64,000 bases of DNA from an uncultured Actinomycetota bacterium (GCA_963765815.1 CAVXXT010000005.1:150238-214237); one strand, 5' to 3'; shown: positions 17,389 to 29,282, counted from the first letter of the stretch. Notes: generated by a model not told the origin, from the sequence alone. A program made the numbers and translations.

Positions 17389-18831
17389 ATGACGTCCCGC
17401 CGCGTGGCCCTCGTGACGTTGGGCTGCGCGCGCAACGAGGTCGACTCCGAGGAGCTCGCCGGGCGGCTGGCCGCCGGCGGCTTCGAGCTGGTCGACGACG
17501 CCGAGGACGCCGACGCGGTCATCGTCAACACCTGCGGGTTCGTCGAGGCGGCGAAGACCGACAGCATCGACACCCTGCTCCAGGCCGCCGCGCTGAATGA
17601 GGACGGCCGGGCGCGCACGGTCGTCGCCGTGGGGTGTCTGGCCGAGCGCTACGGCGAGCAGCTCGCCGCGTCGCTGCCCGAGGCCGACGCGGTGCTCGGC
17701 TTCGACCACTACCCCAACCTCGCGGCCCGCCTCGACGACCTGATCGCCGGGCGGGCGATCCCCTCGCACGCGCCGAAGGACCGCCGGCTGCTGCCGATCG
17801 TCACGGCCCAGCCGGCCGACCCGGCCGACTTCGTCGCCGAGCCCGACACTCCGGTCGGCGGGCCGGCCAGCGGACCCGCACCGGTACGCCGCCGGCTCGG
17901 GTCGGGCCCGGTCGCCGCGCTGAAGCTCGCGTCGGGCTGCGACCGGCGCTGCACGTTCTGCGCGATCCCGTCGTTCCGCGGCTCGTTCGTGTCCCGCCGG
18001 CCGCACGAGCTGATGGCGGAGGCGCGCTGGCTCGCCGAGCAGGGTGTGCGCGAGCTGCACCTGGTGAGCGAGAACTCCACGTCGTACGGCAAGGACCTCG
18101 GCGACATCCGCCTGCTCGAGGCGCTGCTGCCGGAGCTCGCCGCGGTCGAGGGCGTGACACGGGTGCGCCTCGCCTACCTCCAGCCGGCTGAGATGCGGCC
18201 CAGCCTCGTGCAGGCGATGGCGGGTACGCCGGGCGTCGCCGCCTACTTCGACCTCTCGTTCCAGCACTCGTCGCCGACGGTGCTCACGGCGATGCGCCGC
18301 TTCGGCGGCACCGACCGGTTCCTCGAGCTGATCGCGACCATCCGCGCGGTCGCGCCGGATGCGGGCATCCGGTCCAACGTGATCGTCGGGTTCCCGGGCG
18401 AGACGCAGGCCGACTACGACGAGCTCGAGCGGTTCCTGATCGCGGCGCGGCTCGACGCGGTCGGGGTGTTCGGCTACTCCGACGAGGACGGCACCGAGGC
18501 CGCTGCGCTGGAGCCGAAGGTGCCGGCCGACGTCATCGCGTGGCGGGTGGAGCGGCTCAGCACGCTGGTCGACGTCATCACCTCGGAGCGGGCGGAGGAG
18601 CGGGTCGGCGAGCTGCTCGACGTGCTGGTCGAGTCGGTCGACGGCGACGTCGCCAAGGGGCGGGCCGCGCACCAGGCACCCGAGGTCGACGGCTCGGTGA
18701 CCCTGCCGGCCGCCGGACTCGCGGTCGGCGACATGGTGCGCTGCCGGGCGGTCCGGGCCGAGGGAGTGGACCTGGTCGCCGTACCTGTCGGGGTCGCGGA
18801 GTCCGGGCCGGCGCTCGCCGGCGCGCGATGA
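17389..18831 (+). CDS. rimO: Ribosomal protein S12 methylthiotransferase
   Basis: [17 protein letters not shown], radical [11 protein letters not shown] and C-terminal QAPEVDG TRAM domain. Confidence 0.96.
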   Translation: MTSRRVALVTLGCARNEVDSEELAGRLAAGGFELVDDAEDADAVIVNTCGFVEAAKTDSIDTLLQAAALNEDGRARTVVAVGCLAERYGEQLAASLPEADAVLGFDHYPNLAARLDDLIAGRAIPSHAPKDRRLLPIVTAQPADPADFVAEPDTPVGGPASGPAPVRRRLGSGPVAALKLASGCDRRCTFCAIPSFRGSFVSRRPHELMAEARWLAEQGVRELHLVSENSTSYGKDLGDIRLLEALLPELAAVEGVTRVRLAYLQPAEMRPSLVQAMAGTPGVAAYFDLSFQHSSPTVLTAMRRFGGTDRFLELIATIRAVAPDAGIRSNVIVGFPGETQADYDELERFLIAARLDAVGVFGYSDEDGTEAAALEPKVPADVIAWRVERLSTLVDVITSERAEERVGELLDVLVESVDGDVAKGRAAHQAPEVDGSVTLPAAGLAVGDMVRCRAVRAEGVDLVAVPVGVAESGPALAGAR

Positions 18832-19475
18832 GCCGACCGGCGCCCGAGGACCCGGCCGCGCTGCCGCCGGACCCGGTCTCGACGGTCAACCCGGCCAACG
18901 CCGTGACCGTCCTCCGTGCCCTCCTCGTCCCCTTCTTCGCCGTGATCTTGCTGCATGAGTCCGGCGACGACGACGCGTGGCGGGTCGGCGCGTGGGCGGT
19001 GTTCGCGGTCGCGAGCCTGTCCGACCGGCTCGACGGGCACCTCGCGCGCTCACGCGGGCTGGTGACGAAGTTCGGCCAGATCGCCGACCCGATCGCCGAC
19101 AAGGCGCTCACCGGCGCGGCGCTGATCGGGCTGTCGTCGCTCGGCGAGCTGCCGTGGGCGGTCACCGTGCTGGTGCTGGTGCGCGAGATCGGCGTCACGC
19201 TGCTGCGCTTCTTCGTCATCCGGCACGGCGTCATCCCGGCGAGTCGCGGCGGCAAGCTCAAGACGGCACTGCAGGGGCTGGCGATCGGCCTCTACGTCCT
19301 GCCGCTGACCGGCGTCCTGGCGTCGACGCGTGCGGTCGTGATGGCCATCGCGGTCGTGGTGACCGTCGCGACGGGGGTCGACTACGTCGTCCGGGCGATG
19401 ACGTTGCGGCAGACCAGCGACCGGGCCGCGATGAAGCGGGCGCGCCGCGCCGCTGCCGCCGGGGGCCGGCGGTGA
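18828..19475 (+). CDS. pgsA: CDP-diacylglycerol--glycerol-3-phosphate 3-phosphatidyltransferase
   Basis: [16 protein letters not shown]...[11 protein letters not shown] and GGKLKT; ATGA overlap with rimO. Confidence 0.95.
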   Translation: MSRPAPEDPAALPPDPVSTVNPANAVTVLRALLVPFFAVILLHESGDDDAWRVGAWAVFAVASLSDRLDGHLARSRGLVTKFGQIADPIADKALTGAALIGLSSLGELPWAVTVLVLVREIGVTLLRFFVIRHGVIPASRGGKLKTALQGLAIGLYVLPLTGVLASTRAVVMAIAVVVTVATGVDYVVRAMTLRQTSDRAAMKRARRAAAAGGRR

Positions 19476-20740
19476 GGGCCAAGATCCTGGCGGTCGGCAC
19501 CGAGCTGCTGCTCGGCGACATCGTCAACAGCAACGCGGCCTGGCTCGGCCAGCAGCTCGCCGAGAACGGCATCGACATCGCGACGTCGGTCGTCGTCGGC
19601 GACAACGTCGAGCGCATCGCCGACGCCGTGCGATCGGCGATGTCGCGGGCGGACGCGCTGGTCGTCACCGGCGGCATCGGCCCGACGCAGGACGACCTGA
19701 CCCGCGAGGGGCTGGCGCTGGCGGCCGGCGTACCGCTGGTGCGCAACGCCAACCTGGAGGCCGGGCTGCGCGCGCGGTTCGAGGCGCTGCGCCGCGACGT
19801 GCCGGAGATGAACTACCGGCAGGCCGACCAGCCGAAGGGCGCGACCGCGCTGCCCAACCCGCGCGGGTCGGCGCCGGGCCTGCGGTTCGAGCTGCTCGGC
19901 GGGGTCGCCTACGCGATGCCGGGCGTCCCGCACGAGATGCGGGTGATGTTCGCCGAGTCGGTGCTGCCCGACCTGGTCGCGGCTGCGGGGGAGCGGCAGG
20001 TGCTCGTGCATCGCGTGCTGCGCACCGCGGGCATGTGGGAGTCGGCGGTCGCCGCCGCGCTGGCCGAGCAGGTCGAGCGCCTCGAGGCCGCGCCGTCCGA
20101 AACAGGCAGGGGCGTGACGGTCGCGTTCCTCGCCAGCGGTGGTCAGACCCGCGTGCGGCTCACCGCCAAGGCGGCGGACCGCGAGACCGCGCTGGCGGCG
20201 ATCGCGCCGGAGGAGGCGCTGGCCCGGGCGGCGCTCGGCACCGGCTGCTACGGCGCGGACGAGGACACGCTCGAAGACGTCGTGCTGCAGCTGCTCCGCG
20301 ACCGGGACGAGACGGTGGCCGTCGCGGAGTCGCTCACCGGCGGGCTGCTCGGCGCGACGCTGAGCGCACCCGCCGGCGCGAGCGACGTCTACCGTGGCGG
20401 CGTGTCGGCGTACGCGACAGAGCTCAAGGCTGACCTGCTGGGCGTGTCTCGCGACGTCATCGAGCGCGACGGGGCGGTGTCCGACGAGACAGCACGGCAG
20501 ATGGCGATCGGCGCGCGGGAGCGGTGCGGGTCGACGTACGGGCTGTCGTTGACAGGAGTCGCTGGGCCGAGCGAGCAGGAGGGCAAGCCGGTGGGGCAGG
20601 TGCACGTCGGGCTGGCCTGGCCCGAGGGCGCGTGGGCGCGCACCCTGAAGCTGCCCGGTGACCGGCCGCTGATCCGCACCTACGCGTGCGTCACGGCGAT
20701 GAACCTGCTGCGGCTGCACCTGCTCGGGGCGACGTCATGA
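19472..20740 (+). CDS. cinA: Competence/damage-inducible protein CinA (with NMN deamidase domain)
   Basis: VGTELLLGDIVNSNA, GGIGPTQDD, AESLTGG and TGVAGP. Confidence 0.95.
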   Translation: MRAKILAVGTELLLGDIVNSNAAWLGQQLAENGIDIATSVVVGDNVERIADAVRSAMSRADALVVTGGIGPTQDDLTREGLALAAGVPLVRNANLEAGLRARFEALRRDVPEMNYRQADQPKGATALPNPRGSAPGLRFELLGGVAYAMPGVPHEMRVMFAESVLPDLVAAAGERQVLVHRVLRTAGMWESAVAAALAEQVERLEAAPSETGRGVTVAFLASGGQTRVRLTAKAADRETALAAIAPEEALARAALGTGCYGADEDTLEDVVLQLLRDRDETVAVAESLTGGLLGATLSAPAGASDVYRGGVSAYATELKADLLGVSRDVIERDGAVSDETARQMAIGARERCGSTYGLSLTGVAGPSEQEGKPVGQVHVGLAWPEGAWARTLKLPGDRPLIRTYACVTAMNLLRLHLLGATS

Positions 20741-21456
20741 GCCGCACCGACGACGCCGCGCTGCTGGCTCGCCTGCTCGTCGACGAGTCGGCGTTCTTCG
20801 CGCGGTTCCAGCCGATCGTCGACCTGCACACGCGGTCGGTGCGGGCGCACGCGAGCTCGCTGCACGCGCGCGTCGACGACGGCGAGATGGCGCCGCTGGA
20901 CATCTTCGAAGCCGCGCCGGACGACGCGACCGCCGCCCGGCTGGATCTGCTCGGCCGCACCGTCGCGATCCGCGACGCGGCCGGCTGGATCGGCGGGGAC
21001 CTGCTCTTCGTCCGGCTGCTGCCGGAGATGCTCGCCTCGCCGACGCTGGCGCTCGACCGGATCATCGAGTCGATGGCCGCGGCGAAGGTCGGCCTGCGCC
21101 AGCTGGTGATCGAGGTGCAGCTCGCGCACGGCCGCGAGGTGCTCGGTCACCTCGCCCGGGTCGTGACGCGCTGTCGTGGCGCCGGGTTGCCGGTTGCCGT
21201 GGCGTACGCCGAGGACGCCGTGGACATCCGCGACACGATCTCCCTGCTCGCCCCGGACTACATCAAGCTCGACCGCGCGCTGGTCTACGTGCCCGGCCCG
21301 GAGGCGGCGGCGGCGGTGGCCGCGGCGCACCAGGTGGGAGCGACGGTGGTGGCCTTCGCGCTCGAGACGGCGGAGCAGGTGAAGGCCGCGCGCGACCGGG
21401 GCGCCGACTGGGGACAGGGCTTCTATCTCGGCCGTCCGCAGCTCCCTCCGGCGTAG
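20737..21456 (+). CDS. Degenerate EAL-domain protein
   Basis: FQPIVDL, PDYIKLD and GADWGQGFYLGRP are present; EAL is replaced by HASSL, DDFG by AYAE and AEGVE by AFALE. Confidence 0.8.
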   Translation: MSRTDDAALLARLLVDESAFFARFQPIVDLHTRSVRAHASSLHARVDDGEMAPLDIFEAAPDDATAARLDLLGRTVAIRDAAGWIGGDLLFVRLLPEMLASPTLALDRIIESMAAAKVGLRQLVIEVQLAHGREVLGHLARVVTRCRGAGLPVAVAYAEDAVDIRDTISLLAPDYIKLDRALVYVPGPEAAAAVAAAHQVGATVVAFALETAEQVKAARDRGADWGQGFYLGRPQLPPA

Positions 21457-21465
21457 GGTGGTCAC

Positions 21466-21879
21466 ATGCCGACGACGACTCCGCACCGCTCCGTGACCGC
21501 TTCCACCCGACCGGGCGCGAGCACGCTCCTGCGGCGTCACCTCGGTGAGGCGCTGCGCCGCCGGCGCGAGGCGCAGCAGCGCACCTTGCACGACGTCGCG
21601 GCCGACGCGGGCGTGTCCCTCGGCTACCTCTCCGAGGTGGAGCGCGGGGTCAAGGAGGCGTCCAGCGAGCTGCTGTCGGCGATCTGCCGCGCGCTCGGCG
21701 CGCCGCTGTCGGAAGTGCTGGCGGAGACCGCCGACGCGCTCTACCGGCTCGAGGTCGCGACGTCGGGTGTGCCGTCCGTCGTCGCCGTCGGCCTCGTCCC
21801 GGTGACCACAGCGCCGTCGTACGACGAGGCTTCCCGGTCGCCCGACGGCCCCACCTGCGGGTCCGCGCGCGCGGCTTGA
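21466..21879 (+). CDS. clgR: XRE-family HTH regulator (ClgR-like)
   Basis: [16 protein letters not shown]...[28 protein letters not shown]; lies downstream of cinA. Confidence 0.82.
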   Translation: MPTTTPHRSVTASTRPGASTLLRRHLGEALRRRREAQQRTLHDVAADAGVSLGYLSEVERGVKEASSELLSAICRALGAPLSEVLAETADALYRLEVATSGVPSVVAVGLVPVTTAPSYDEASRSPDGPTCGSARAA

Positions 21880-21995
21880 CAGATCTGCCGTCGTCGGTCG
21901 CGCGAAGTGCGACTTGACCGCGCTGGTCACCGTCTGGGATGAACTCCGGAGCATTCTTCGTCCACCTCAGCCATCCACTCGTTGAAGGCAGCCGC

Positions 21996-22682
21996 ATGCC
22001 CGTCGATCCCGCTCAGCCCGCCGCGACTGCAGGGGGTCGGACGCGCGCCGGCAACGGGATGTCGCGGGCCCGCGCGGGGATCCTCGGCGGGGCCGCGAGC
22101 TGCGTCGCTCGCTACGGCACGCGCAAGACGACGATGGGCGACATCGCGCGCGAAGGCGGCGTGGCCAAGGCGACGCTCTACAACCACTTCCGCACCAAGG
22201 ACGACGTCCTCGCCGCGCTCCTCGCGTCGCAGGTCGACGAGCTGGTCGGCCGGCTCGACGGCATCGGCGGTCAGCCCGGCAGCGCGCCGACGCTGACCAC
22301 CGCGCTGGCCACCGCGGCGACGTTCGTGTCGGAGCACCCGGTGCTGCGCCACCTCGCCGTCGCCGAGCCGGCGCTGGTCGCGTCACTCATCACGCCGGGC
22401 GCCGGCGAACTCTGGCAGCGCGCGCGGATGGTGACGCGCGAGCGGGTCTCCCTGGCGCAGGCCGCGGGGTCGCTGCACGCGCGGCACGACACCGAGTCCC
22501 TGGTCGACGCGTCGCTGCGCTGGGTCGTCTCCCACGCCCTCTGGCCGGCGAGCGAGACCTCCGTGCAGGAGTCCGCCCACCGCCTCGTCGGCGGCTTCGT
22601 CGCCGAACCCCTCTCGTCCAGCTCGGCCGAGTCCGGTGAGCTCCGCGACGAAGGTGATGTGCCGAGCTTCCGCACCGCCTGA
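21996..22682 (+). CDS. TetR/AcrR family regulator
   Basis: GTRKTTMGDIAREGGVAKATLYNHFRTKDD; start uncertain. Confidence 0.88.
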   Translation: MPVDPAQPAATAGGRTRAGNGMSRARAGILGGAASCVARYGTRKTTMGDIAREGGVAKATLYNHFRTKDDVLAALLASQVDELVGRLDGIGGQPGSAPTLTTALATAATFVSEHPVLRHLAVAEPALVASLITPGAGELWQRARMVTRERVSLAQAAGSLHARHDTESLVDASLRWVVSHALWPASETSVQESAHRLVGGFVAEPLSSSSAESGELRDEGDVPSFRTA

Positions 22683-22694
22683 CCCCTCTACGAC

Positions 22695-23495
22695 CTAGTT
22701 CGGGGCGGGCTGGCAGGACGGGCACCAGTAGGTGATCCGGCTCATCGTCGGCTGCGCTAGCTCGACCTGATCCTCGCGGCGGATCGGCGTACCGCACCGG
22801 CGACAGGGTTGGCCCTCGCGCTCGAAGACGTACGCCGTCCGTCCGGGACGCGTGTCGCCGGTGGTCACCTGGACCCAGCGGATCTTGTTGGCCTCGAGCA
22901 GCCGCTGGGCGAGTACGACGACGGCGCGCAGGTCGGGCACGTCGGCGACGCGGGTCCACGGGTTGACCCCGCGCAGGTAGAGCACCTCGGCCTTGTAGAG
23001 GTTGCCGATGCCGGCCAGGTTGCGCTGGTCGAGCAGCGCGGGACCGATCTCGCGATCGGGCTGCGCCGCGATCCGGCGTACCGCCTCGTCGGGGTCCCAG
23101 TCAGGGCCGAGCAGGTCGGGCCCGAGGTGGCCGACGACGGTGTCCTCGTCGTCGGTCGACAGCAGGTCGACGACCGGCATGCGGTAGCCGACCGCGACCC
23201 AGTCGGCGTTGCCGAGGACGACGCGCACCTGGTGCGCCGCGCCGCCGGCCCAGCGCTGCCCGGGACGGTGCAGCCGCCAGGTGCCGTCCATCCGGAAGTG
23301 CGTGTGCAGCGTCGTGCCGCCCTCGATCCGGGTGAGCATGTGCTTGCCACGGCTGACGACGTCGAGCACGGCGTGACCGGTGAGGTCTGCGGTCGCGAGT
23401 GACGGGACGCGGAAGTCGGTGACGGTCAGCACTCGGCCGGCCAGCGCTTCGCGCTGCTTCGTCGCGGACAGCCAGACGGTGTCGCCCTCAGGCAC
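22695..23495 (-). CDS. nei: Fpg/Nei family DNA glycosylase (endonuclease VIII-like)
   Basis: N-terminal (M)PEGD, RGKH, H2TH LLDQRNLAGIGN and zinc finger CRRC...CPSCQ. Confidence 0.93.
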   Translation of the reverse strand: MPEGDTVWLSATKQREALAGRVLTVTDFRVPSLATADLTGHAVLDVVSRGKHMLTRIEGGTTLHTHFRMDGTWRLHRPGQRWAGGAAHQVRVVLGNADWVAVGYRMPVVDLLSTDDEDTVVGHLGPDLLGPDWDPDEAVRRIAAQPDREIGPALLDQRNLAGIGNLYKAEVLYLRGVNPWTRVADVPDLRAVVVLAQRLLEANKIRWVQVTTGDTRPGRTAYVFEREGQPCRRCGTPIRREDQVELAQPTMSRITYWCPSCQPAPN

Positions 23496-24102
23496 GCGCC
23501 CGGACCAGGTGCCATCGCCGGTGGCTCTCGCGCGCGCCGACGTGCTCGACCCGCCAGCCGGCGTCGTGCAGCGCGTCGACCAGCTCGTCGCGGGTGCGGT
23601 GCACGAACCAACGACGCCGATCCGGCTCACCCTCGGGCGGCGGCGCGTAGGGCACCACCTCCCAGCCCTCGTCCTCGCCGTTGGACGTCGACAGCGCCAG
23701 CAGTCCGCCGCGGCGAGTGACGCGGCGCCATTCGGCCAGCGTGGGGACCGTGTCCTCGCGAGGGACGTGGAGCAGTGACGCGGACGAGAAGACGGCGTCG
23801 GCCGATTCGTCGGCGAACGGCAGCCGGCGCAGGTCGGCCTGCACCCCGGGTACGCCGGCCTGCCGGGCGAGCTGGAGCATCGACGTCGACAGGTCGAGCC
23901 CGACGACGCGATAGCCGTCGCCCTGCATCACCCGCGCCTCGAAGCCGGGACCGCACCCGAGGTCGATGATCAGGCCGCCCGCGGCCGCGCCGACGAGGAT
24001 CTCGTCGAGCCAGTCGCGGGAGCCGACGTCCTTGCGGCCGGTGTAGTCGTCGGCGATCTCGTCGTACGTCGCGCGCGTCGACTGGACCCGGTCCTCGGTC
24101 AT
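23488..24102 (-). CDS. Class I SAM-dependent methyltransferase
   Basis: IDLGCGPG, GLDLS, ADLRRLPF and SLLHVPR. Confidence 0.9.
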   Translation of the reverse strand: MTEDRVQSTRATYDEIADDYTGRKDVGSRDWLDEILVGAAAGGLIIDLGCGPGFEARVMQGDGYRVVGLDLSTSMLQLARQAGVPGVQADLRRLPFADESADAVFSSASLLHVPREDTVPTLAEWRRVTRRGGLLALSTSNGEDEGWEVVPYAPPPEGEPDRRRWFVHRTRDELVDALHDAGWRVEHVGARESHRRWHLVRARA

Positions 24103-24112
24103 GCGCCCAGTC

Positions 24113-27100
24113 TCACGCACGCAGCCTCAGTCCGCGCGGGGTGGGGCGGAAGCCGGCCGCCTCGAGCGCGGCACCAAGGGGAGTGGTGACGACCATCTCG
24201 CCATCGGCTCGCTCGACGGCGAGCTTGCCGAGGGAGCCGTCGCGGACGGCGAGGGCCAGGGCGTCGACCGCGGGCTGCAGTGCGTCGAGGTCCTCGGTCC
24301 AGGTGAGCAGCGTCTTGCCGCCGCGCTCGACGTAGAGGACGAGGGTGCCGTCGACCGCGACGACGAGCGCGCCCGCCTTGCGGCCCGGCCGGTGACCTTT
24401 CGCGTCACCGCCTGCGCTCCTCTCCGCACTGCCGTTGACGATGCGCTCGGGCCAGGGGAGCGCGGCGCCGAATGGGTTGGCGGGGTCGGTCGCCGCCAGC
24501 ACCAGGGCGGGCGGGCCGGACGGCGTACGACGGCGTACCGGCTGCGGCCCGCCGAGCCACAGGTCCTCGGGGGGCGCAGCCGGGGGAGTGGAGGCCGTCA
24601 TCGCGCGCATGCGGTCGACGGCGCCGGGCATCGCGAACTGCGCGGCGCCCAACGTCTCGACGAAGTAGCCGCGGCGGCAGCGGCCGGACTCCTCGAACGC
24701 CTTGAGCACCGGGTAGACGCCGGCGAAGCCGCCGGGGATGCGCTCGGCCATGACGGCACCGCGGGTCACGATGCCGTGCCGGTCGAGCAGGATGTCGGCG
24801 AGCGCGTGCGCGCGACGAGTGGTGTCGGTCGACCGCTCGGGCAGCAGGCTCCAGCGGCCGGCCGCGATCGGCGGGCCGACCCGGCTGGGCATGGCGACAC
24901 CACGGCGTCCGGCGCGGCCGGGGACCGGGCGTCGGCGGGTCGGCGTACGACCTCGGCCGAGCAGGGTGCGCACTGGGGCGAGGGTGTCGTTGGTGACGAC
25001 GCCGGCCCAGACCAGGTCCCAGAGCGCGCGGACGAGCTCGACATCGTCAGTGCTGTCGACGCGGTCGGCGAGCGACCGGAAGAACAACGCGGCGCCGCCG
25101 TCGAGCGACTCGACTATCGACGTCATCAGCGGCGTCATCGTGATGTCGGCGTCGACCGGCGGCAGCGTCAGGTCGGCGGTCTCGGCGAGGTGCAGCGCGA
25201 CCCAGCCGTCGTCGCTCGGGAGCGCGCCGGCGCCGGCCCAGAGGACCTCGCCGCCGGCGCAGAACTCGTCGAGCATCGCCGGCGTGTAGTCGCTGACGCG
25301 GGCCGGCAGGATCAGCCGCTCCAGCGCGCTGGCCGGGACCGGCACGCCCTGCAGCTGCTCGATCGCGCGCATCAGCGCGTCGGTGCCGCGACCGGCCGAG
25401 GTGCCGATCGACTGCCAGGCGGGCAGGAAGCGCGCGAGCGCCTCGACCGGCGCGGGCTCGACCTCCTTGCGCAGCTTGGCCAGCGACCGGCGGCGCAGCG
25501 AGCGGAGCACCTCGGCGTCGCACCACTCGATGCCGGCGCCGCCGGGCCGGAACTCGCCCTGCACGACGCGACCGGTCGGGGACAGCCGCTGCAGCGTGCC
25601 GGTGACGACGGCGACGCCGAGGCCGAGCCGGGTGGCGACGTCGGCCGCGTGGAACGGGCCGTGGGTGCGCGCGTAGCGGCCGACGACGTCGCCGAGCGGG
25701 TCGGCCGCCGACTCGGCGAACACCTCGGGCGCGCCCTGCGGCACAGGTACGCCGAGGGCGTCGCGCAGCCGGCCGACGTCCTCGACGGCGACCCAGCGCT
25801 CCTCGCCGGCGATGCGCACCCGGAACGCGCGGCGCTGCTCCTCGAGCTCGGCCAGCCAGCGCGGTGTGGCGCCGCGCTCGATCGCCTCGGCGGTGGTCAG
25901 GTCGCCGAGCCCGCGCAGCAGGTCGGTGACCCCGTCGACGTCGCGCGGGTGCCGCTCGAGGGTGAGCCGCTGCAGCTCGCGCTCGAGCTCGTCGAGGGCG
26001 TCGGCGTCGACCAGCTCGCGCAGCTCGGCCTGGCCGAGCAGCTCGGCCAGCAGCGCGCTGTCCAGCGACAGCGCCTGCGCGCGGCGCTCGGCGAGCGGGG
26101 CGTCGCCTTCGTACATGAACGCGCCGACGTACCCGAAGAGCAGGGATGCGGGCGAACGGGCTCGGGCTCGGCGTCTCGACCTCGACCAGGCGCACCTTGC
26201 GCGACTGCACGTCGGCCATCAGGCCCTTGAGCCCGGGTACGTCGAAGACGTCCTGCAGCACCTCGCGCATCGTCTCCAGCACCACCGGGAAGCTGCCGAA
26301 CTGCGACGCGACCTGCAGCAGCAGGGCGCTGCGCTGGCGCTGCTGCCACAGCGGGGTGCGCTTGCCGGGGTTGCGCTTGGGCAGCAGCAGCGCGCGCGCG
26401 GCGCACTCGCGGAAGCGCGACGCGAAGAGGGATGAGCCGCCGACCTCGTCCTGGACGGCCTGCTCGACGTCCTCCGGGTCGAGCAGCACGACGCTCGCAC
26501 TCGGCACCTCGTCGGCCTCCGGCAGGCGTACGACGATGCCGTCGTCGGAGTGCATTGACTGCACCTCGATGCCGAGCGACTCCCGCAGTCGCGCGGCCAG
26601 CGCCATCGCCCATGGGCCGTTGACCTGCGCGCCGAAGGGGGAGTGGACGCACAGGCGCCAGTCGCCGAGCTCGTCGCGGAACCGCTCGACCAGGATGGTC
26701 CGGTCGTCAGGGAGGTGGCCGGTCGCCTGGCGCTGCTCCTCGAGGTAGTCGACCAGGTTGCTCGCGGCCCACTCGTCGAGCCCGGCCTCCTGCGCTCTCG
26801 AGGTCGCGCCGGCCTTGTCGAGCGCGTTCATGTCGCGGAGGAACTTGCCCAGTGCGCGGCCCAGCTCGATCGGCCGGCCCGGCGCGTCGCCGTGCCAGAA
26901 CGGCATCTTCCCGGGCTGTCCGGGCGCGGGGGAGACGAGCACCCGGTCGTGGGTGATCTCCTCGATCCGCCAGCTGCTGGAGCCGAGCAGGAATACGTCG
27001 CCGACGCGCGACTCGTAGACCATCTCCTCGTCGAGCTCACCGACGCGTGATGCCTTCTCCCCGACCAGGAAGACGCCGAAGAGTCCGCGGTCGGGGATCG

Positions 27101-28806
27101 TGCCGCCGCTGGTGACGGCCAGCCGCTGTGCGCCGGCCCGCGGGGTCAGCGCGCCGGTGACGCGGTCCCAGACGATCCGCGGCCGCATCTCGGCGAAGTC
27201 GTCGCTGGGGAACCGGCCGGAGAGCATGTCCAGCGTCGCTTCCAGCGCGCTCTGCGGCAGCGTCGCGAACGGGGCGGCCCGGCGTACGACGTCGGCCAGC
27301 TCGTCGACGGTCCAGGTTTCCATCGCCACCATCGACACGACCTGCTGGGCCAGCACGTCGAGCGGGTTGCGGGGGTAGCGCATCGACTCGATCTCGCCGT
27401 CGCGCATCCGCTCGGCGATCACCGCCGACGGGACGAGGTCGCCGCGGTACTTCGGGAAGAGCACGCCGCGGGAGATCGCGCCGACCTGGTGTCCCGCGCG
27501 GCCGACCCGCTGCAGGCCGGACGCGACGGACGGGGGCGACTCGACCTGGATGACCAGGTCGACCGCGCCCATGTCGATGCCGAGCTCGAGGCTGCTGGTG
27601 GCGACCACCGCGGGCAGTCGGCCGGCCTTGAGCGCCTCCTCGATCAGGACCCGCTGCTCGCGGCTGACGCTGCCGTGGTGGGCGCGAGCGATCTCGCTCG
27701 GCGCGCCGGTGGCGCCCCGGCCGATGCCGGACTGCGCGAACGCGCTGCTCTCGCCCATGAGGTTCGGCGGCGTCAGCCCGAACCCGCCCCCTAGACTTTC
27801 GCGACCGGGTCGCGAAAGTTGCCTTCCCCGCACGGGCTGCGACCGGGTCGCGATTCGTGTCATCGGCGAGTGCCGCAGCCTCGTTCTGCTCGGCGGCGAT
27901 CTCGTTGAGTCGGCTGCAGAGACGCTCGGCCAGCCGGCGCGAGTTGGCGAAGACGATGGTCGAGCGGTGCGCCCGGATCAGCTCGACGATGCGGTGCTCG
28001 ACCGCCGGCCACATCGACCCGGCCGCGCCGGTCGGCGTCGCGCCGTCGGCGGTGAAGCCGCTGTCGGCGCCGACCGCGGTCATGTCCTCGACCGGTACGA
28101 CGACGCTGAGCTCGATCGTCTTCGGCGACTTCGGGTTGACGACGGTGACGTCGCGCGCGCCGCCGAGGAACCGCGACACCTCGTCGAGGGGGCGCACCGT
28201 CGCCGACAGGCCGATGCGACGGGCCGGCCTCTCCAGCAGCGCGTCGAGGCGCTCCAGGGACAGGGCGAGGTGCGCGCCGCGCTTGGTCGAGACCATCGCG
28301 TGGATCTCGTCGACGATGACGGTGTCGACGTACCGCAGGGCTTCTCTCGCCTGAGACGTGAGGATGAGGAAGAGCGACTCCGGCGTGGTGATGAGGATGT
28401 CCGGCGGCCGGCCGGCGAACCTCCGGCGCTCCTCGGCCGGGGTGTCGCCGGAGCGAACGCCGACCGTGACGTCGGGCTCCGGGAGACCGAGGCGCGCGGC
28501 GGCCTGGCGGATGCCGGCGAGCGGGGCGCGCAGGTTGCGCTCGACGTCGACGGCGAGGGCCTTGAGCGGCGAGACGTAGAGGACGCGCAACCGCTGCTTC
28601 GGCTCCGGCGGAGGAGCGGCGGCGAGCCGGTCGAGGGCGGAGAGGAACGCCGCGAGCGTCTTGCCGGAACCGGTGGGGGCCACGACGAGCGCGTCCTGAT
28701 CCTTGGCGATCGCGGCCCAGGCGCCGGCCTGGGCCGGGGTCGGCGCGGCGAAGGACGACTCGAACCACGCGCGGGTCGCGGGTGCGAACGACGCGAGCGG
28801 GTCCAT
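24113..28806 (-). pseudogene. lhr: Lhr ATP-dependent helicase, split into three frames as sequenced
   Basis: APTGSGKT, DEIH and GLSAT in ORF 27037..28926; AHHGS and QRVGRAGH in ORF 25047..27863; C-terminal domain in ORF 24113..26116. Frameshifts near 27790 and 26147. Confidence 0.92.
27795..27853. repeat. Palindromic REP-like insertion inside lhr
   Basis: Perfect inverted repeat ACTTTCGCGACC-G-GGTCGCGAAAGT (27795-27819) plus a second GCGACCGGGTCGCGA at 27839-27853. Confidence 0.7.
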
Positions 28807-28946
28807 CGCTCGATTCTCCCTCGCCGGGCCGACAGGCGCTCCTCGAGAAAAAACAGATGACAGCGGTGTAACCCATGCCGCGCTACCGCGGTCGAACTGG
28901 TTGTACGGCGGATGCACCGCCGACAAACGCCTTCAAGGAGGCAGCT

Positions 28947-29282
28947 GTGTACGCGTTCGTCATCCTGATCGGCCTTGGTCTCGGCCTCGGCGTGGCAATG
29001 GGGATCCTCGACGAGCTCGTGCCCGTCAAGGCTCCGAAGGCGCTGACCCGCACCGTCGGCGCAGTCATCGCGATGGGTGGCGCGTGGGCGCTGAACTACT
29101 CGGTGTTCACCGCGTTCAACCAGCCCCTGCGCGAGACGTGGATGCACCACGTCGCCACCGGTCTCGTCCTCGTCGGCGTCGCCGACGTGGTCCGCGAGGT
29201 CACGGCGTACGTCGGTGACCTGTCCCGCAAGACGGCCGACGAGGCCGCCGAGATCGAGCGGCGCATCCCCCGCGCTGCGTAA
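28947..29282 (+). CDS. Small hypothetical membrane protein
   Basis: AAGGAGG RBS then GTG; about three hydrophobic segments. Confidence 0.75.
   Translation: MYAFVILIGLGLGLGVAMGILDELVPVKAPKALTRTVGAVIAMGGAWALNYSVFTAFNQPLRETWMHHVATGLVLVGVADVVREVTAYVGDLSRKTADEAAEIERRIPRAA

Noticed and set aside
26130-26160. Programmed frameshift or genuine split of lhr
   Set aside because: No slippery sequence is present; removing one base restores the conserved PFARSLLFGY, so an error is more likely.
28890-28910. TCGAACTGGTTGTACG as an SOS box for lhr
   Set aside because: The right half-site does not match GTTCG at N4 spacing.
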